A DNA stretch of 64,000 nt from Calditrichia bacterium (GCA_963796965.1 CAWCNS010000011.1:384001-448000); one strand, 5' to 3'; shown: positions 10,989 to 21,915, counted from the stretch's first letter. Translations and numbers: made by a program. The notes: generated from the letters alone by a model not told the origin.

Positions 10989-12254
10989 TTAGGTATTGCG
11001 TAATTCAAACACCGTTATTTCCGGAGGCATGCCAACCCTTCCCGGATATCCAATCGATCCAAGTCCGATATTAATATATAAATTCTGATTGCCTTCGGTA
11101 TATAATCCACCCCATTGTTTATAGCGAACTGTAGCCGGACTCCAACGCCATCCGGGTATTTCAATTCCGAACTGGGCCCCATGGGTATGTCCTGACAGCA
11201 TCAGGTCAATATTTGTCTTGTCTCTTACCTGTGCATCCCAGTGGGTTGGATCATGGGACATGAGGATCTTAAAAGCTTCCTTATCAACATTCTGCATGGC
11301 TTTATTCAAATCCCCATATTGAGGAAAAGGTGGTAAACCCCAGTTTTGAATCCCAATTAATTCAATCACATTTTCTCCTATCTGGATTTTACGCGACTCA
11401 TCCAGTAGAAGATCAAGACCTAATTCCCCTTGTATCTTGATAAGTCGTTCAATATTATCCTCTTTATCCTTTTGATTTTTCCAGGGATAATATTCACCAT
11501 AGTCATGATTGCCCAGAATTGAATATTTGCCAATTTTAGCCCTTAATAACTTCAAATCATCAAAGAAGGGATCCACTTCAGTCGAGAGATTATTGACCAT
11601 ATCGCCGGTAAATAAGATCAGATCCGGATTCTCCTGATTAATCCTCCTGACAATTTCTTGTACCTGCTCGGGATGATTCAAAAAGGTTCCGATGTGAAAA
11701 TCGGATATTTGAACTATTTTAAATCCATTAAACGACAAAGGAAGGTTAGGAAAGGTCAAATTGACCATTCTTCTGGTAAAATCAAAACGGCCATAGGCAA
11801 CACCATAGATCAGGGTTAGAAAAGGCACACCGGCAAAAACTAACCCAACCTGGTTGAGTAATTTTCGCCGGGTAATCGACTTACCCTGGCTTACGGATTG
11901 GGTGGTTTTCTTTTGCCATAAAGTTACAAATTTTCGAATCTGATAAATGATATCATCAAAGATGTTAAATATGACGAATACCAACTTTGGAATATAAAAT
12001 ACGACAAAAGTCCCGCTGAGGAAATAGCTGTAGTAAGAAATCTGGTTCCCGGGGATATGCTCTCGTAAAATATAGAGGATAATCATGCCTAGTATCAGTC
12101 CGACCGGAACAATCCAATAGAGATAGAATATGATCCGCTTGATCAATTGGCGGAAGTCACCTGCAATTTTTTTGATACCCCAATATGAATAGGCATCTAT
12201 TGCAAGTATGATGGCACTAATTATAAAAAATGCTAAAACCGGGTTATTTCGCAT
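10989..12254 (-). CDS. Membrane-anchored calcineurin-like metallophosphoesterase (YkuE/YaeI family)
   Basis: QISDFH, FTGDMVN, LGNHDY, MSHDP and SGHTHGAQ motifs; three TM helices then internal TRRKLL. Confidence 0.92.
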   Translation of the reverse strand: MRNNPVLAFFIISAIILAIDAYSYWGIKKIAGDFRQLIKRIIFYLYWIVPVGLILGMIILYILREHIPGNQISYYSYFLSGTFVVFYIPKLVFVIFNIFDDIIYQIRKFVTLWQKKTTQSVSQGKSITRRKLLNQVGLVFAGVPFLTLIYGVAYGRFDFTRRMVNLTFPNLPLSFNGFKIVQISDFHIGTFLNHPEQVQEIVRRINQENPDLILFTGDMVNNLSTEVDPFFDDLKLLRAKIGKYSILGNHDYGEYYPWKNQKDKEDNIERLIKIQGELGLDLLLDESRKIQIGENVIELIGIQNWGLPPFPQYGDLNKAMQNVDKEAFKILMSHDPTHWDAQVRDKTNIDLMLSGHTHGAQFGIEIPGWRWSPATVRYKQWGGLYTEGNQNLYINIGLGSIGYPGRVGMPPEITVFELRNT

Positions 12255-12328
12255 CTACCTTTCCTTCATCTCAATTTATTTGGCTATAACCTTTTTGAGA
12301 CATATTAAAATTCTTAGGTTAAAGGCCT

Positions 12329-12988
12329 TTATCCTGCTATCCTGCGAATATCCTTACACTCAAGAACTTTCAGATCCGATCCATCCCTGGTAACATTGAT
12401 CATAGCTAATCCGAGTTCTTCTAATGTACCTACGTATTTGGCAAAAAAAGTTTTTAGCAACGGATAAAGGGGAGCCGTAAATTTATAAATTTTATAGGCA
12501 TTTTTTAAGCCCTTAATTGGCTGGATATATCCAGGTCTGAAATTATAGACAGATTTGAAAGGCAGTTTTTGTAAATCGTTTTCTGTTTTGCCTTTTATCT
12601 TTGCCCACATACTTCGACCGGATTCATTGCCATCCGTTCCTGCTCCTGAAACATAACAGAAGGTCATTTGCGGATTTAAATTTACCAAAATATTCGCAAC
12701 ATGCAGGGTCAAATCATACGTAATTCGTCTATAGGCGTCTTCTTTCATTCCTAAAGATGATATACCCATACAAAAATAACACGCATTGTAGTCGCTTAGT
12801 TGATTTTCAATGGGCGTAAGATCGTGGAAATCCTGATGAATGATCTCTGTCAGTTTCTCATGATCAACACCACATGGGCGGCGGTTTATAACCAATACAG
12901 ATTCCACATCAGGATGCTTCAAACTTTCATACAACACGCCTTCGCCGACCATACCAGTGACACCAAATATAATTGCTTTTATTTTCAT
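12329..12988 (-). CDS. NAD(P)-dependent epimerase/atypical SDR (TIP30/YraR-like)
   Basis: GVTGMVGEG Rossmann motif, YVSGAG, FRPG. Confidence 0.85.
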   Translation of the reverse strand: MKIKAIIFGVTGMVGEGVLYESLKHPDVESVLVINRRPCGVDHEKLTEIIHQDFHDLTPIENQLSDYNACYFCMGISSLGMKEDAYRRITYDLTLHVANILVNLNPQMTFCYVSGAGTDGNESGRSMWAKIKGKTENDLQKLPFKSVYNFRPGYIQPIKGLKNAYKIYKFTAPLYPLLKTFFAKYVGTLEELGLAMINVTRDGSDLKVLECKDIRRIAG

Positions 12989-14037
12989 TTCGCCTGTCTT
13001 TCCTTGTTGCTAAACTCAACTTTCTCCAGCGTGGCGTCCTCAATAAAAAGAGAAGCTTTTAATCCTACATGATCAGATAGACTCTCGCTACTATTATTTT
13101 GTACATCCGTTGCATTTATCGAGTGTACAGCTACTCTTTTAAGATTGCTTTCTCCAATCTTATCATAGGCAAAGATATAATCAAAACGTTTATACATATT
13201 AAACGTTTTAAAAACCATGGTATATTCTTTTTGGGTTCCATGTCTTTCACTATGTAACTCCCGGGGTGATCCTAGATCAGTCAACAGACGATCAAGATCC
13301 TCCTCGTCATACGCATCCGAATTAAAATCGCCGGTCAAAACCACCATGATTTCACTAGAAGAACTAATGGTTCCTGATTGAATGACAGCGTGAACGGAAT
13401 ATTCAATAAAATTTTTGATCTGTTTATATTGCCTTCTCTTTTGCCGTCTTGATCCGATAGCCTGTACATGAGTGGTGAATAAAAACATATAGTTGGAATC
13501 AGAAATCTTGTGCAAAGATCCCACCACAGATTTATTAGCAAGAAAGTCTGTTGTAATAGAGAGCTCTTTCGTGAGAATCATATGAAGAGAACCCTCACTC
13601 ATGGTGACTTCTTTGTCAAGACTAATTTTTGATAAGTCAACCTGAGGATACTTTGATATCATAAACAAACCAGCATCCTGAAATAACATTTCTGGAAATG
13701 ATTCATAATCCACCCTGGAAACGACAGACTTATAAACTTCGCGGTTAATTTTTGAGAGAATATAATCCCGGGCTCCCTCATCGAACAATTCCTGCAAAAC
13801 AACAAAATCATATGTTTCAGTATTAATATATTCCACGAGAGCATCCAACTTACTTTCATCTTTTCCAAAGATAGCCTGGATATTGTAGGACAAGAGACTT
13901 AACTGATTTTCACTATTTATTTTAATCGGATCATTAATGGCAGGCTGATATGTGATTGTAGAACCACAAGATATGAGCGATATAATTGCCATTGGCAGAA
14001 CTAGATATCGTAATATATTTTTTGATATTTTTTTCAT
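12985..14037 (-). CDS. Sphingomyelinase C-like endonuclease/exonuclease/phosphatase lipoprotein
   Basis: Lipobox LISC; SYNI, LQELFD, DAGLFMISKYP, THVQA, GDFN, RFDYIF and SDH motifs. Confidence 0.82.
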   Translation of the reverse strand: MKKISKNILRYLVLPMAIISLISCGSTITYQPAINDPIKINSENQLSLLSYNIQAIFGKDESKLDALVEYINTETYDFVVLQELFDEGARDYILSKINREVYKSVVSRVDYESFPEMLFQDAGLFMISKYPQVDLSKISLDKEVTMSEGSLHMILTKELSITTDFLANKSVVGSLHKISDSNYMFLFTTHVQAIGSRRQKRRQYKQIKNFIEYSVHAVIQSGTISSSSEIMVVLTGDFNSDAYDEEDLDRLLTDLGSPRELHSERHGTQKEYTMVFKTFNMYKRFDYIFAYDKIGESNLKRVAVHSINATDVQNNSSESLSDHVGLKASLFIEDATLEKVEFSNKERQAK

Positions 14038-14067
14038 TAGAGATTGATATTTTGTAATACCTTTTAT

Positions 14068-14561
14068 TTGTAGTCCATCTTTGAGATGGACTACAACTCA
14101 TTTAATGTCGATTTCAAAGACGTCCTACCGGGACGTCTCTACACCAGACAATGATATTAACTTTCTTTTACGAATATTCATTCCTTAAATATAAATTCTA
14201 TCACTATTGGTGGTAGCGACACGATTAATCGCGTCGACACCTATCATACATTTATCTATAATTGTTCATTAGAAGACGCCCCACCGGTAGAACGGGGTCC
14301 TCAACCGGGATCGTCTCATACATCTATGATCTTTGCCAAAAAGATCTCTACTTCCCAATTACAAATTAAAAATTAGATTATATCATGTAGTAAAGATCCA
14401 TGAAACCCGGAAACAAGTTCAAGGGATGCAAGTTCAGTATGACAAATCCTGTTAGTATTCTTTACGGTATCGAAATGACAGGTATAAAGTCCAAATTCCT
14501 ATTTACAAATTACCCATCACGTTCACTCTTATTTTTAGACGCTCCACCGGAGCGTCTCTAC
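14068..14561. repeat. Cluster of five GTAG/CTAC-type REP-like hairpins
   Basis: 14070-14094 gtagtccatct-ttg-agatggactac; 14118-14142 agacgtcc-taccg-ggacgtctctac; 14213-14240 gtagcgacacgattaatcgcgtcgacac; 14274-14321; 14536-14561 tagacgctcc-acc-ggagcgtctctac. Confidence 0.7.
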
Positions 14562-14612
14562 ATTTTGACTGTTGATGGTCCCAATTACTTATTACGAATT
14601 ACTATATTTCTC

Positions 14613-15754
14613 TTATCTTTCATCATTAATCTTATCATTATCCGCCAATACCTCTTCCCACCATTTTTTTTGTGGTATATAGCCATCATAGATTGTCGTC
14701 TCACCGACAACCGGGGTTGATGTTACAACCTCTAAGGAGTCGGCAGCCTTTGTTAGCCTCTCCATTGGATCATACCAGGAATGTAGGGATAAGTTAAACG
14801 TTGCCCAATGGATTGGATGTAAAACCCGACCCCGTAAATCAACATGAGCCTGGACTGTTTCCTCCGGATACATATGAATATGATGCCATTTTTCATTATA
14901 GGCACCGGTTTCGAGAAAGGTCATATCAAAGGGACCATATTTTTCACCAATTTTCTTAAAACCATCAAAATAACCACTATCTCCACTAAAATATATTTTA
15001 TGATGTGGTGCTCTTATCACCCAGGATGCCCACAGGGTTTCATCACGATCAGTTAACCCACGCCCGGAAAAATGTTGTGCTGGTGTTGCTGCGATCAAAA
15101 GATTCTCATCAACCTTGTATTCTTCCCACCAATCTAGTTCTATAATTTTATCACGAGGCACACCAGATTTTCGAGTTCAGCGCCAACAGCCAGGGGAACA
15201 ATAAATTTCGTCGTCTTTTCATTAAGTATTTCGATTGATGATATATTTAAATGATCGTAATGGTTATGGGAGATAATTACAATATCAATTTCAGGTAATC
15301 CATTCAGATTCAGGGGTACCTCGCCATTAAAACGCGAAGGTCCAAAGAACGATACACTCTTCTCAAACACGGGGTCAGTCATAATCTTATAACCATCAAT
15401 ATTAATCATCAGTGATGAATGTCCCAGCCAGGTTACATTGAGTTGATTGTCACCCGAATTTTCAAAGTGATTTAGATCAGCCATCTTTCGCGGCAGCCGA
15501 CTATCCGGTGTTCGTTGGTCCCCACCAAATAAAAAATCCCAACCTGTGGACAGATACTCTCCAAATGAAGGTTGATCCCAGTGATGATAATTTGAGAATT
15601 TACCGTCTTTATATTGTGGTGATTTTTCTATTTTTGTCATTTTTATATCCTCATCATGATAGGTCGCTGATACACAGCCGTTTATTATCAATACGATTAC
15701 GATCATTATTAGCCCGAGAGACGCTTTTTTCACTATTTTCATAATCTTGTTCAT
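14613..15754 (-). CDS. MBL-fold hydrolase (NAPE-PLD/RomA-like), frameshift near 15165
   Basis: WLGHSS, TDPVF and SHNHYDH in ORF 15140..15754; PAQHFSGRG, FSGDSGY and PIHW in ORF 14613..15161. Confidence 0.9.
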
Positions 15755-15776
15755 ATCTATTTTATTCCACTTATTT

Positions 15777-15794
15777 TAAATGAATGTTCATTTA
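15777..15794. promoter_or_regulatory. Putative TetR operator upstream of the MBL hydrolase gene
   Basis: Palindrome taaatgaatgttcattta, one mismatch to the reverse complement of the site at 16397-16414. Confidence 0.7.
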
Positions 15795-15813
15795 GTTAAT
15801 TGAACAAAATTTT

Positions 15814-16386
15814 TTATAGTTTTATTGCATCCCAGGCCAGGTTATAGGCGATTTCAATATTTTTTTCCTTTTTATCAAAATGCCTGCATAGACGTTTATT
15901 AGAGAGACTATATATGGGATAAAACATGAAGGCTGTTAAAATATCAAAGTCAACATCTTTAATTATCTTCTGCTCAATCCCTTTTTGCAGCACTTGCATA
16001 ACAGGTTCAAAAGGCTTTTCCAATTCTTCCCTGTTCACCAGATCACTATACGGTGAATTGGAGAATTGTTCTGCAAATTGGAAATATTCCGGATTCTTAG
16101 TAATATAATCAAACATATTCATCCAGACGTTACGAAAAATATCACGTATTGGAAGACTTGGTATCAAAGCCATTTAAAAGAGCATTGCCCAACTTATGCT
16201 TTATGGCAACATAGGTAGAAACGAGCAGATCTTCCTTATTTTCATAATAAACATATATCGTAGCCGGAGAGACCTGGCCTCTTTGGCAATTTTAGATACA
16301 GAACTGGCACAAAACCAATCTCGTTTACCAATTTTACCGTGGCATTAAATAAGGCGTCTTGCTTTTAATTCATCTTTAACTCTCAT
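15814..16386 (-). CDS. TetR/AcrR family regulator, several frameshifts in the 5' half
   Basis: Piecewise MRVKDELK..QDALFNATVKLVNEIGF..SSVSKIAKEA..VSPATIYVYYENKEDLL (TetR HTH) joined to ORF 15814..16173. Confidence 0.85.
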
Positions 16387-16392
16387 GGCTCT

Positions 16393-16421
16393 AAGTTAAA
16401 TGATCATTCATTTAATGTCAA
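16393..16421 (-). promoter_or_regulatory. Sigma70 promoter with overlapping operator; probable leaderless tetR transcript
   Basis: TTGACA-17 nt-TAACTT-6 nt-ATG; palindrome taaatgatcattcattta (16397-16414) fills the spacer. Confidence 0.7.
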
Positions 16422-16691
16422 ATCTATTATTACTTTCGAAGGGAATTACGCGAACTAATTATAGTGTAATCTATTGTTAAACAGGTGGATAGGTGGGTAT
16501 TTAAATATGGATTGATTTTTACTAATCATCGTTAATAGGGATTAATGATGTAACGAGGCAATTGAGAGTTGGTAAAAAGTTTAATATCGACCCAAAATAC
16601 AAGAATTTCACAGATTTAAGAAAAAAAGTGAAAATCAAATAGTTATATATACTATTTTTTGTGATACTCTGTGTCCTTCTGTGGTTAAAAA

Positions 16692-17216
16692 TCATTTTTT
16701 TATGAAGGTTAGGTGCTGATCAGATTCCTCATCTAATACTCTGGAATAAACCGTATAATTCTGTTTTTGCATTTCATCTATTAGCGGAATTGGTTTAAAA
16801 TTGGTTTTAAGCAATAAGAATTGATTTGGTTCTAATTCAGTCATCAACTTGTTCATCATCTGGAGGGGATGTTCCCCACGGCTGAGCATTTCAGTGCCAT
16901 CGATAATCTGTTTTGCTTCTCCCTTTATCCACAAAGGTTCGCCTTCTTGCCACTGTAAATCGGTCTCAATCTCACCAGTAAGTTCTGGTTGTCCAGCCTC
17001 ACGACGCAATTGGTTAACCAGATCGGTTACCTCCAAATTACCAATTCCGGCAATCTTTTCAATGGTGGTTAATTTACCGACCGTTTTGCGTAAAAGAGGA
17101 TTTTTAAGGTTTTTAAAAGGTGGCGCGATAGTCATTATTTTATCCTCTAAATCCGGATATTCATCCAATACATCAAATAGTTTAGTCTTTGCTTCTATAT
17201 TCATCTTAATCTCCAT
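16692..17216 (-). CDS. DUF1858 + DUF2249-like protein
   Basis: YPDLED..APPFKNLKNPLLRKT N-domain; GEHP and FKPIPLID C-domain; lies downstream of a DUF438 gene. Confidence 0.75.
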   Translation of the reverse strand: MEIKMNIEAKTKLFDVLDEYPDLEDKIMTIAPPFKNLKNPLLRKTVGKLTTIEKIAGIGNLEVTDLVNQLRREAGQPELTGEIETDLQWQEGEPLWIKGEAKQIIDGTEMLSRGEHPLQMMNKLMTELEPNQFLLLKTNFKPIPLIDEMQKQNYTVYSRVLDEESDQHLTFIKK

Positions 17217-17460
17217 TATCTTTTAACTCAAAGCATATTGACGAAACAATTCCGCAAGACGGGAATTACATAAAAAGATCTTAGCCAGACCAAAAACTGA
17301 AACGTGAATCAGCTCACGTCTATCCTCGGCTCAAATAGATTCTAATGAACAAGTAAAGATCATTGAAATTAATTTCATATTGCATATGTAAGAATTACTT
17401 GATAAATTCTTTGCGTCTAGCGGCGCTGCGAGAATAAATACTTACGTTCATAATAAATTG

Positions 17461-18699
17461 TTACATATCATATTTCAATAGGCGTTGTTCGCCTTCCAGG
17501 CTTCGGATATCAGATACTTCCTGGGTTACTTCCAACGTACCGCTATAATTACCTTCATCGTCCCGCAGGGCATAATAAACAATATACACAAACTTTGGTC
17601 CCATCTGAATCCAGAAACGGGCCTTATCCTGCTTGCCTGCTTTAAAATCAGCTAAAATCTGATTTACAATCCTTACACTCTTTGGAGGATGACAATATTG
17701 TACCTTACGGCCCAGAATAGCGCGGGTACGGTCAAAGATTCGTTCTTTTCCGGGACTAAAATAGCGGACCGTATCATCCTTATCCACAAAGGTCAAATCA
17801 AAAGGCATAACGCTAAATGCGCTAATTAACTCATCAAGATTAAAACTTCCCGTAGGCATCTGAACACGATTTCCTTGGGCAGCCGGCTTTTTGATTTCAT
17901 TATGGATCCCCCCTGAAGGTTGCCATTCAAATTCAGGGACATAAATACAATAGCCAATCTCCTCACTCTGGATATAGATCTCATACCAGTCCTGCTCAGT
18001 TAATAGATCCAAAGCTGTTGGAAAAAGAATTTTTTCTTCTTTATATATCATATCCTCTATGGCATCAAGAGACGGTACAATAGCAAAAAGATTATAGGCC
18101 TGTGCTTCCTGGCTCTCGATCGACTCGATACCTTGCAGACCATCCAAAGTTAATTTCAGGAGATCTCGTGTCTCATCATGTTTGCCCCACATCACTGCAG
18201 GTGGGCCGCGCATATCTTTTTTCTCAAAAAATGGAAATAATAAGTTTTCTTTTCGGCGGTAATGTTTATCGACATCCATTAATAGGTTCAGTTCTGCCTG
18301 TATTTCCCGGATATTCTCCGTCACATCTGTACTTTCCTTTAGTTCATTGATCTTTTCAATCATATACCGCACGCGCTGAGCCGTTTTAGTCAGAGCTTTA
18401 TTCTCTTCAACCATTGTATGCACCGGATGTCCGGGTATAGTTTTGGGTGTCTCCTGTAAATCGAGATGCTTTTTTAAAACCTTGGTATGGGTATCACATA
18501 AATCCCGTATACTTTCTTGTTCAATACCTTCCTGCATCAATTGAACTTCCATGAGAAAGACATCCGAATAATCTGCTTCATCCAACATAGTTTCTAACTG
18601 CTTTTTGATTTTGTCTTCCGGGGCTCCTTTATGGAGTTGTCGTATCAAACCCTTCATAATATCGATTCGCTGTTGCCGGTTATTTATGATTTCACTCAT
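17461..18699 (-). CDS. DUF438 / hemerythrin-like / PAS_10 protein
   Basis: LCDTH, PGHPVHT..EN, HYRRKENLLFP, MWGKHDE, MIYKEEKILFP and PAS-type FVDKDD...CHPPKS motifs; likely start MSEIINN. Confidence 0.88.
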   Translation of the reverse strand: MSEIINNRQQRIDIMKGLIRQLHKGAPEDKIKKQLETMLDEADYSDVFLMEVQLMQEGIEQESIRDLCDTHTKVLKKHLDLQETPKTIPGHPVHTMVEENKALTKTAQRVRYMIEKINELKESTDVTENIREIQAELNLLMDVDKHYRRKENLLFPFFEKKDMRGPPAVMWGKHDETRDLLKLTLDGLQGIESIESQEAQAYNLFAIVPSLDAIEDMIYKEEKILFPTALDLLTEQDWYEIYIQSEEIGYCIYVPEFEWQPSGGIHNEIKKPAAQGNRVQMPTGSFNLDELISAFSVMPFDLTFVDKDDTVRYFSPGKERIFDRTRAILGRKVQYCHPPKSVRIVNQILADFKAGKQDKARFWIQMGPKFVYIVYYALRDDEGNYSGTLEVTQEVSDIRSLEGEQRLLKYDM

Positions 18700-19170
18700 A
18701 TACTTTCTCACTATATTTATTGTTAATTCTGAAAGAATTTTATTTTTAACTACTACTTCATGGTAGAATATACAAACTTACAGTCTTACCTTCAAGTCTC
18801 AGTTAAGAAATTTTTAACCACAGAGAAACACGGAGAAATTCACAGAATAAATTATATTACAAATAATCAAAATAAATTATTTCAATTCTCGTGTTCAAAT
18901 TCAAATTGTTGTATAATTCAATGGTTATATTTCATTTATTTAGTATATATTGCGAAAAGAGTGGTAAAAGGCTGTCACTTGCCCATCAGGGTGGGCGCCA
19001 TATAAAATTCCTTTTTTTAAAATCTTTCCCTATTATTCTTTAATTGCGTTTATAAACAAATATTAATACTACGAAAATATAGTGGAAAAACTTTGCCGGA
19101 ATAAAGATTGCATTGTAAGTTTACCTGAATAAAATATTCAGATCTGAATAAATTACGATCAGGAGTTAAA

Positions 19171-20002
19171 ATGAAAAATATCCACCCTACTGCTTTAATT
19201 CACAAAAATTCTGAAATTGCAAACGATGTTGAGATTGGCCCTTATGTGGTTATTGAGGAACATGTAAAGATCGGAGCAGGGAACTATTATACGATCACAT
19301 GCAGTAATCCGCAAGTACACAACATTGGGTAAAAATAATTTTATCGATTCCTTTGCAATATTAGGTGGAAATCCCCAGGACCTGAAATTCGATGAGAATA
19401 CGCTTTCATTTCTTGAGATCGGCGACAATAATACGTTTAGAGAAGGTGTGACTATTTCGCGCGCAACCGGGGATGGTGAAAAAACCATCGTAGGAAACAA
19501 CACACTTTGGATGGCCAATTCTCATGCCGGTCACAATTCAATTATCCATGACAATGTAATCTTGGTAAACAGCGCATTAGTTGCCGGTCATTGCACGATC
19601 GGTAAGGCCGTCAATTCTACCCGCCAACGGAAACATACATCAATTTTGCTGGATTGGTGAGAATACGATGTTTCAGGGAGGGACCAATTTGCAGTATGCA
19701 TGCCCCACCCTATGTCATTTGTACTGGGATCAATAATGTCATATCCCTTAATATCTGTTGGTTTACGCCGCAGCCCAGACCTTACACATGAAGATCGTAA
19801 CAAATTAAACACGCATTTAAAATAACTTATCGATCTGGTTTATCACCGCGCGAGGCCCTGATGGAAATGGATAAGCACGAAAACTGGGGGCATGCTCGCC
19901 ATAAGATTCAGGGAGTTTGTCAGAAAAGTTGTAGACGCAGAACCTCCGTTTCAAACGGGGATTATGTCCGCATCTTTCACGCTTGAACAGCGTAGGAAAT
20001 AG
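19171..20002 (+). CDS. lpxA: Acyl-ACP--UDP-N-acetylglucosamine O-acyltransferase (LpxA-like), multiple frameshifts
   Basis: [19 protein letters not shown] hexapeptide repeats, [42 protein letters not shown]; mostly missed by the ORF track. Confidence 0.82.
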
Positions 20003-20067
20003 GCCGGGATACGGGATACTAAAAAGTTGTGACTTGATTTCTATATATTTCTTTCCTAAAAAATATC

Positions 20068-21678
20068 TCAGGCAATCCAGGGACGCACTCGTTCCGGAAG
20101 GTTCTTTAATACATCAATGGCTATATTAACATCATCAACGATCTGAAAATCAAACATACCTACACAAATAAAATCTGCACCATTTTCGAATGCATAACGA
20201 AAACCATCTTCTGGCCTTATGGCCCCGCCTGCTAAAACCTTGAAGGCAATCCACGGTTTGTTGATTGATTTCATAAACTCAATCGTCTGCTCCGGAAATA
20301 TATCGAACATATTATCATGAAATTTGTTATGATCCGGTGAATTCGCCTCGATAATTGCAAATTCTTCTCTGTTTTTTCTCGGATGGGCAGACCAATAACG
20401 GTCATGGTGGAGCGTTTTAACATAGTAATCAGGATTAATACCGGCTGTTTCGCAAGCTATCGGAACATTTATTGAATGGGCTCCAATTCCAGCCAGGTAC
20501 CCCTGACTTTTTATATAATCAATTGTTTTACCAAGAAAATCAATTTGCTTATTTTTTACTAAACGATCACACCGGCCTCCATGGATATAAAGAGTGGTAG
20601 TTCCATTATCTATAGATTTATCGATATCAGTCTTCATATCATCTAAATATGCGTTGACCTGACAAAAGGTTTGCATTTTTCCACCGGTAATATTCAGGTA
20701 CTTATGTAAGATCGGAAATTGATCATTCACAATATTCATTGTATTTATTCCGGCTTGCTCGGCAATTTCCATCGTTTCGAATACTTTTTTTTCAGAATTA
20801 TAGGCTTTGAATAAGGATGATACATAAATGAGATCCCTTGAATGCGACCATCCTCCAATCAGATTACAGCCCAGAGTTAATCGACTAATTTCCAGATCTC
20901 CTATCTTCCCCATTGGTATTTTGCCTTTGATATCCCCAAGTTTGCTATCACTCAGTTTGATCGTTGCCCCGGTTATGGCATTAACCTTCTCCCAACTATA
21001 TTTTTTATAGCTTCCATAAAACAATACCCCTACCACGGGTAAAAGTGCCAAATTTTTAACCCATTCTCTTCGACTGAGTTGGAAATTTTCTCGAAATTCA
21101 TTTCGTTTTCCACCCTCTTGATTATCTTCAATTATAGCACCTTCTTTCTGGCTTCGTGCATCCGATTTCCTGAATCGACCAACCAATCCCATCAGATAAT
21201 AATCAAGTCTTAAGAAGGTGCTTGATGAAAATATAACAATAATTATAAGGGCGATTATCTCAATCAATGTTTTATTAACAAAGAGGTAATGTCCCTCAAC
21301 AGGTATTCCTATATTCATACCGATAAAAGGAGGATGAGCAACATAGTAGAGGCTGAGTAATACAACTCCAAAAACAGATGCACTCTTTATAAAAACGCCT
21401 AGAATCAAACCCAAACCAATCAGTATCAGTCCCCATATATTAAAAAGATCCACAACTCTAATTATATCCGGGTTACCGGCCATCCAATTAAATATATCTG
21501 AAAACCACCATCGGGAAGTAGAAAGAAACCCGGAAGCGGTCCAATCCGGTGTGAGTAATTTGGCTATACCTTCATAGAGTAAATGCCAGCCTATGGCGAT
21601 TCTCAGGACTGTCAAAAAGGTAATTTGCAGGTTTGATAAAGACGGATGAGATTTTTGATCAGAAGACTTGTTATCCAT
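20068..21678 (-). CDS. DoxX-family membrane domain fused to an aldo/keto-reductase-like TIM-barrel domain, with internal twin-arginine motif
   Basis: LRIAIGWHLLYEG DoxX motif, four TMs, SRREWVK, then GKIGDLEISRL...FKVLAGG...GADFICVGMFDFQ; RBS before ATG 21678. Confidence 0.72.
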   Translation of the reverse strand: MDNKSSDQKSHPSLSNLQITFLTVLRIAIGWHLLYEGIAKLLTPDWTASGFLSTSRWWFSDIFNWMAGNPDIIRVVDLFNIWGLILIGLGLILGVFIKSASVFGVVLLSLYYVAHPPFIGMNIGIPVEGHYLFVNKTLIEIIALIIIVIFSSSTFLRLDYYLMGLVGRFRKSDARSQKEGAIIEDNQEGGKRNEFRENFQLSRREWVKNLALLPVVGVLFYGSYKKYSWEKVNAITGATIKLSDSKLGDIKGKIPMGKIGDLEISRLTLGCNLIGGWSHSRDLIYVSSLFKAYNSEKKVFETMEIAEQAGINTMNIVNDQFPILHKYLNITGGKMQTFCQVNAYLDDMKTDIDKSIDNGTTTLYIHGGRCDRLVKNKQIDFLGKTIDYIKSQGYLAGIGAHSINVPIACETAGINPDYYVKTLHHDRYWSAHPRKNREEFAIIEANSPDHNKFHDNMFDIFPEQTIEFMKSINKPWIAFKVLAGGAIRPEDGFRYAFENGADFICVGMFDFQIVDDVNIAIDVLKNLPERVRPWIA

Positions 21679-21915
21679 ATTAATCCCCCGGGATAAAGTA
21701 GATATGATAGGGCGCGCTGGTTTTAAGGATATTTTTTGTGCAAATGAAATATAAGATACCCTGGGATATAATTCAATTTTACAGATAAGTCTCAAAGAAC
21801 AGATTTTTAGAAGGACCACCTTATAAGAAGTCAATATAATATCTTTATCTTGCTTTATTTTCTATCAATTAATATACTTAAGCAATCATATGGGTAAAAT
21901 CTTCATCAATCATCC

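Noticed and set aside
14068..14561. CRISPR array
   Set aside because: The hairpins are not identical, spacing is irregular, and no cas genes are present.
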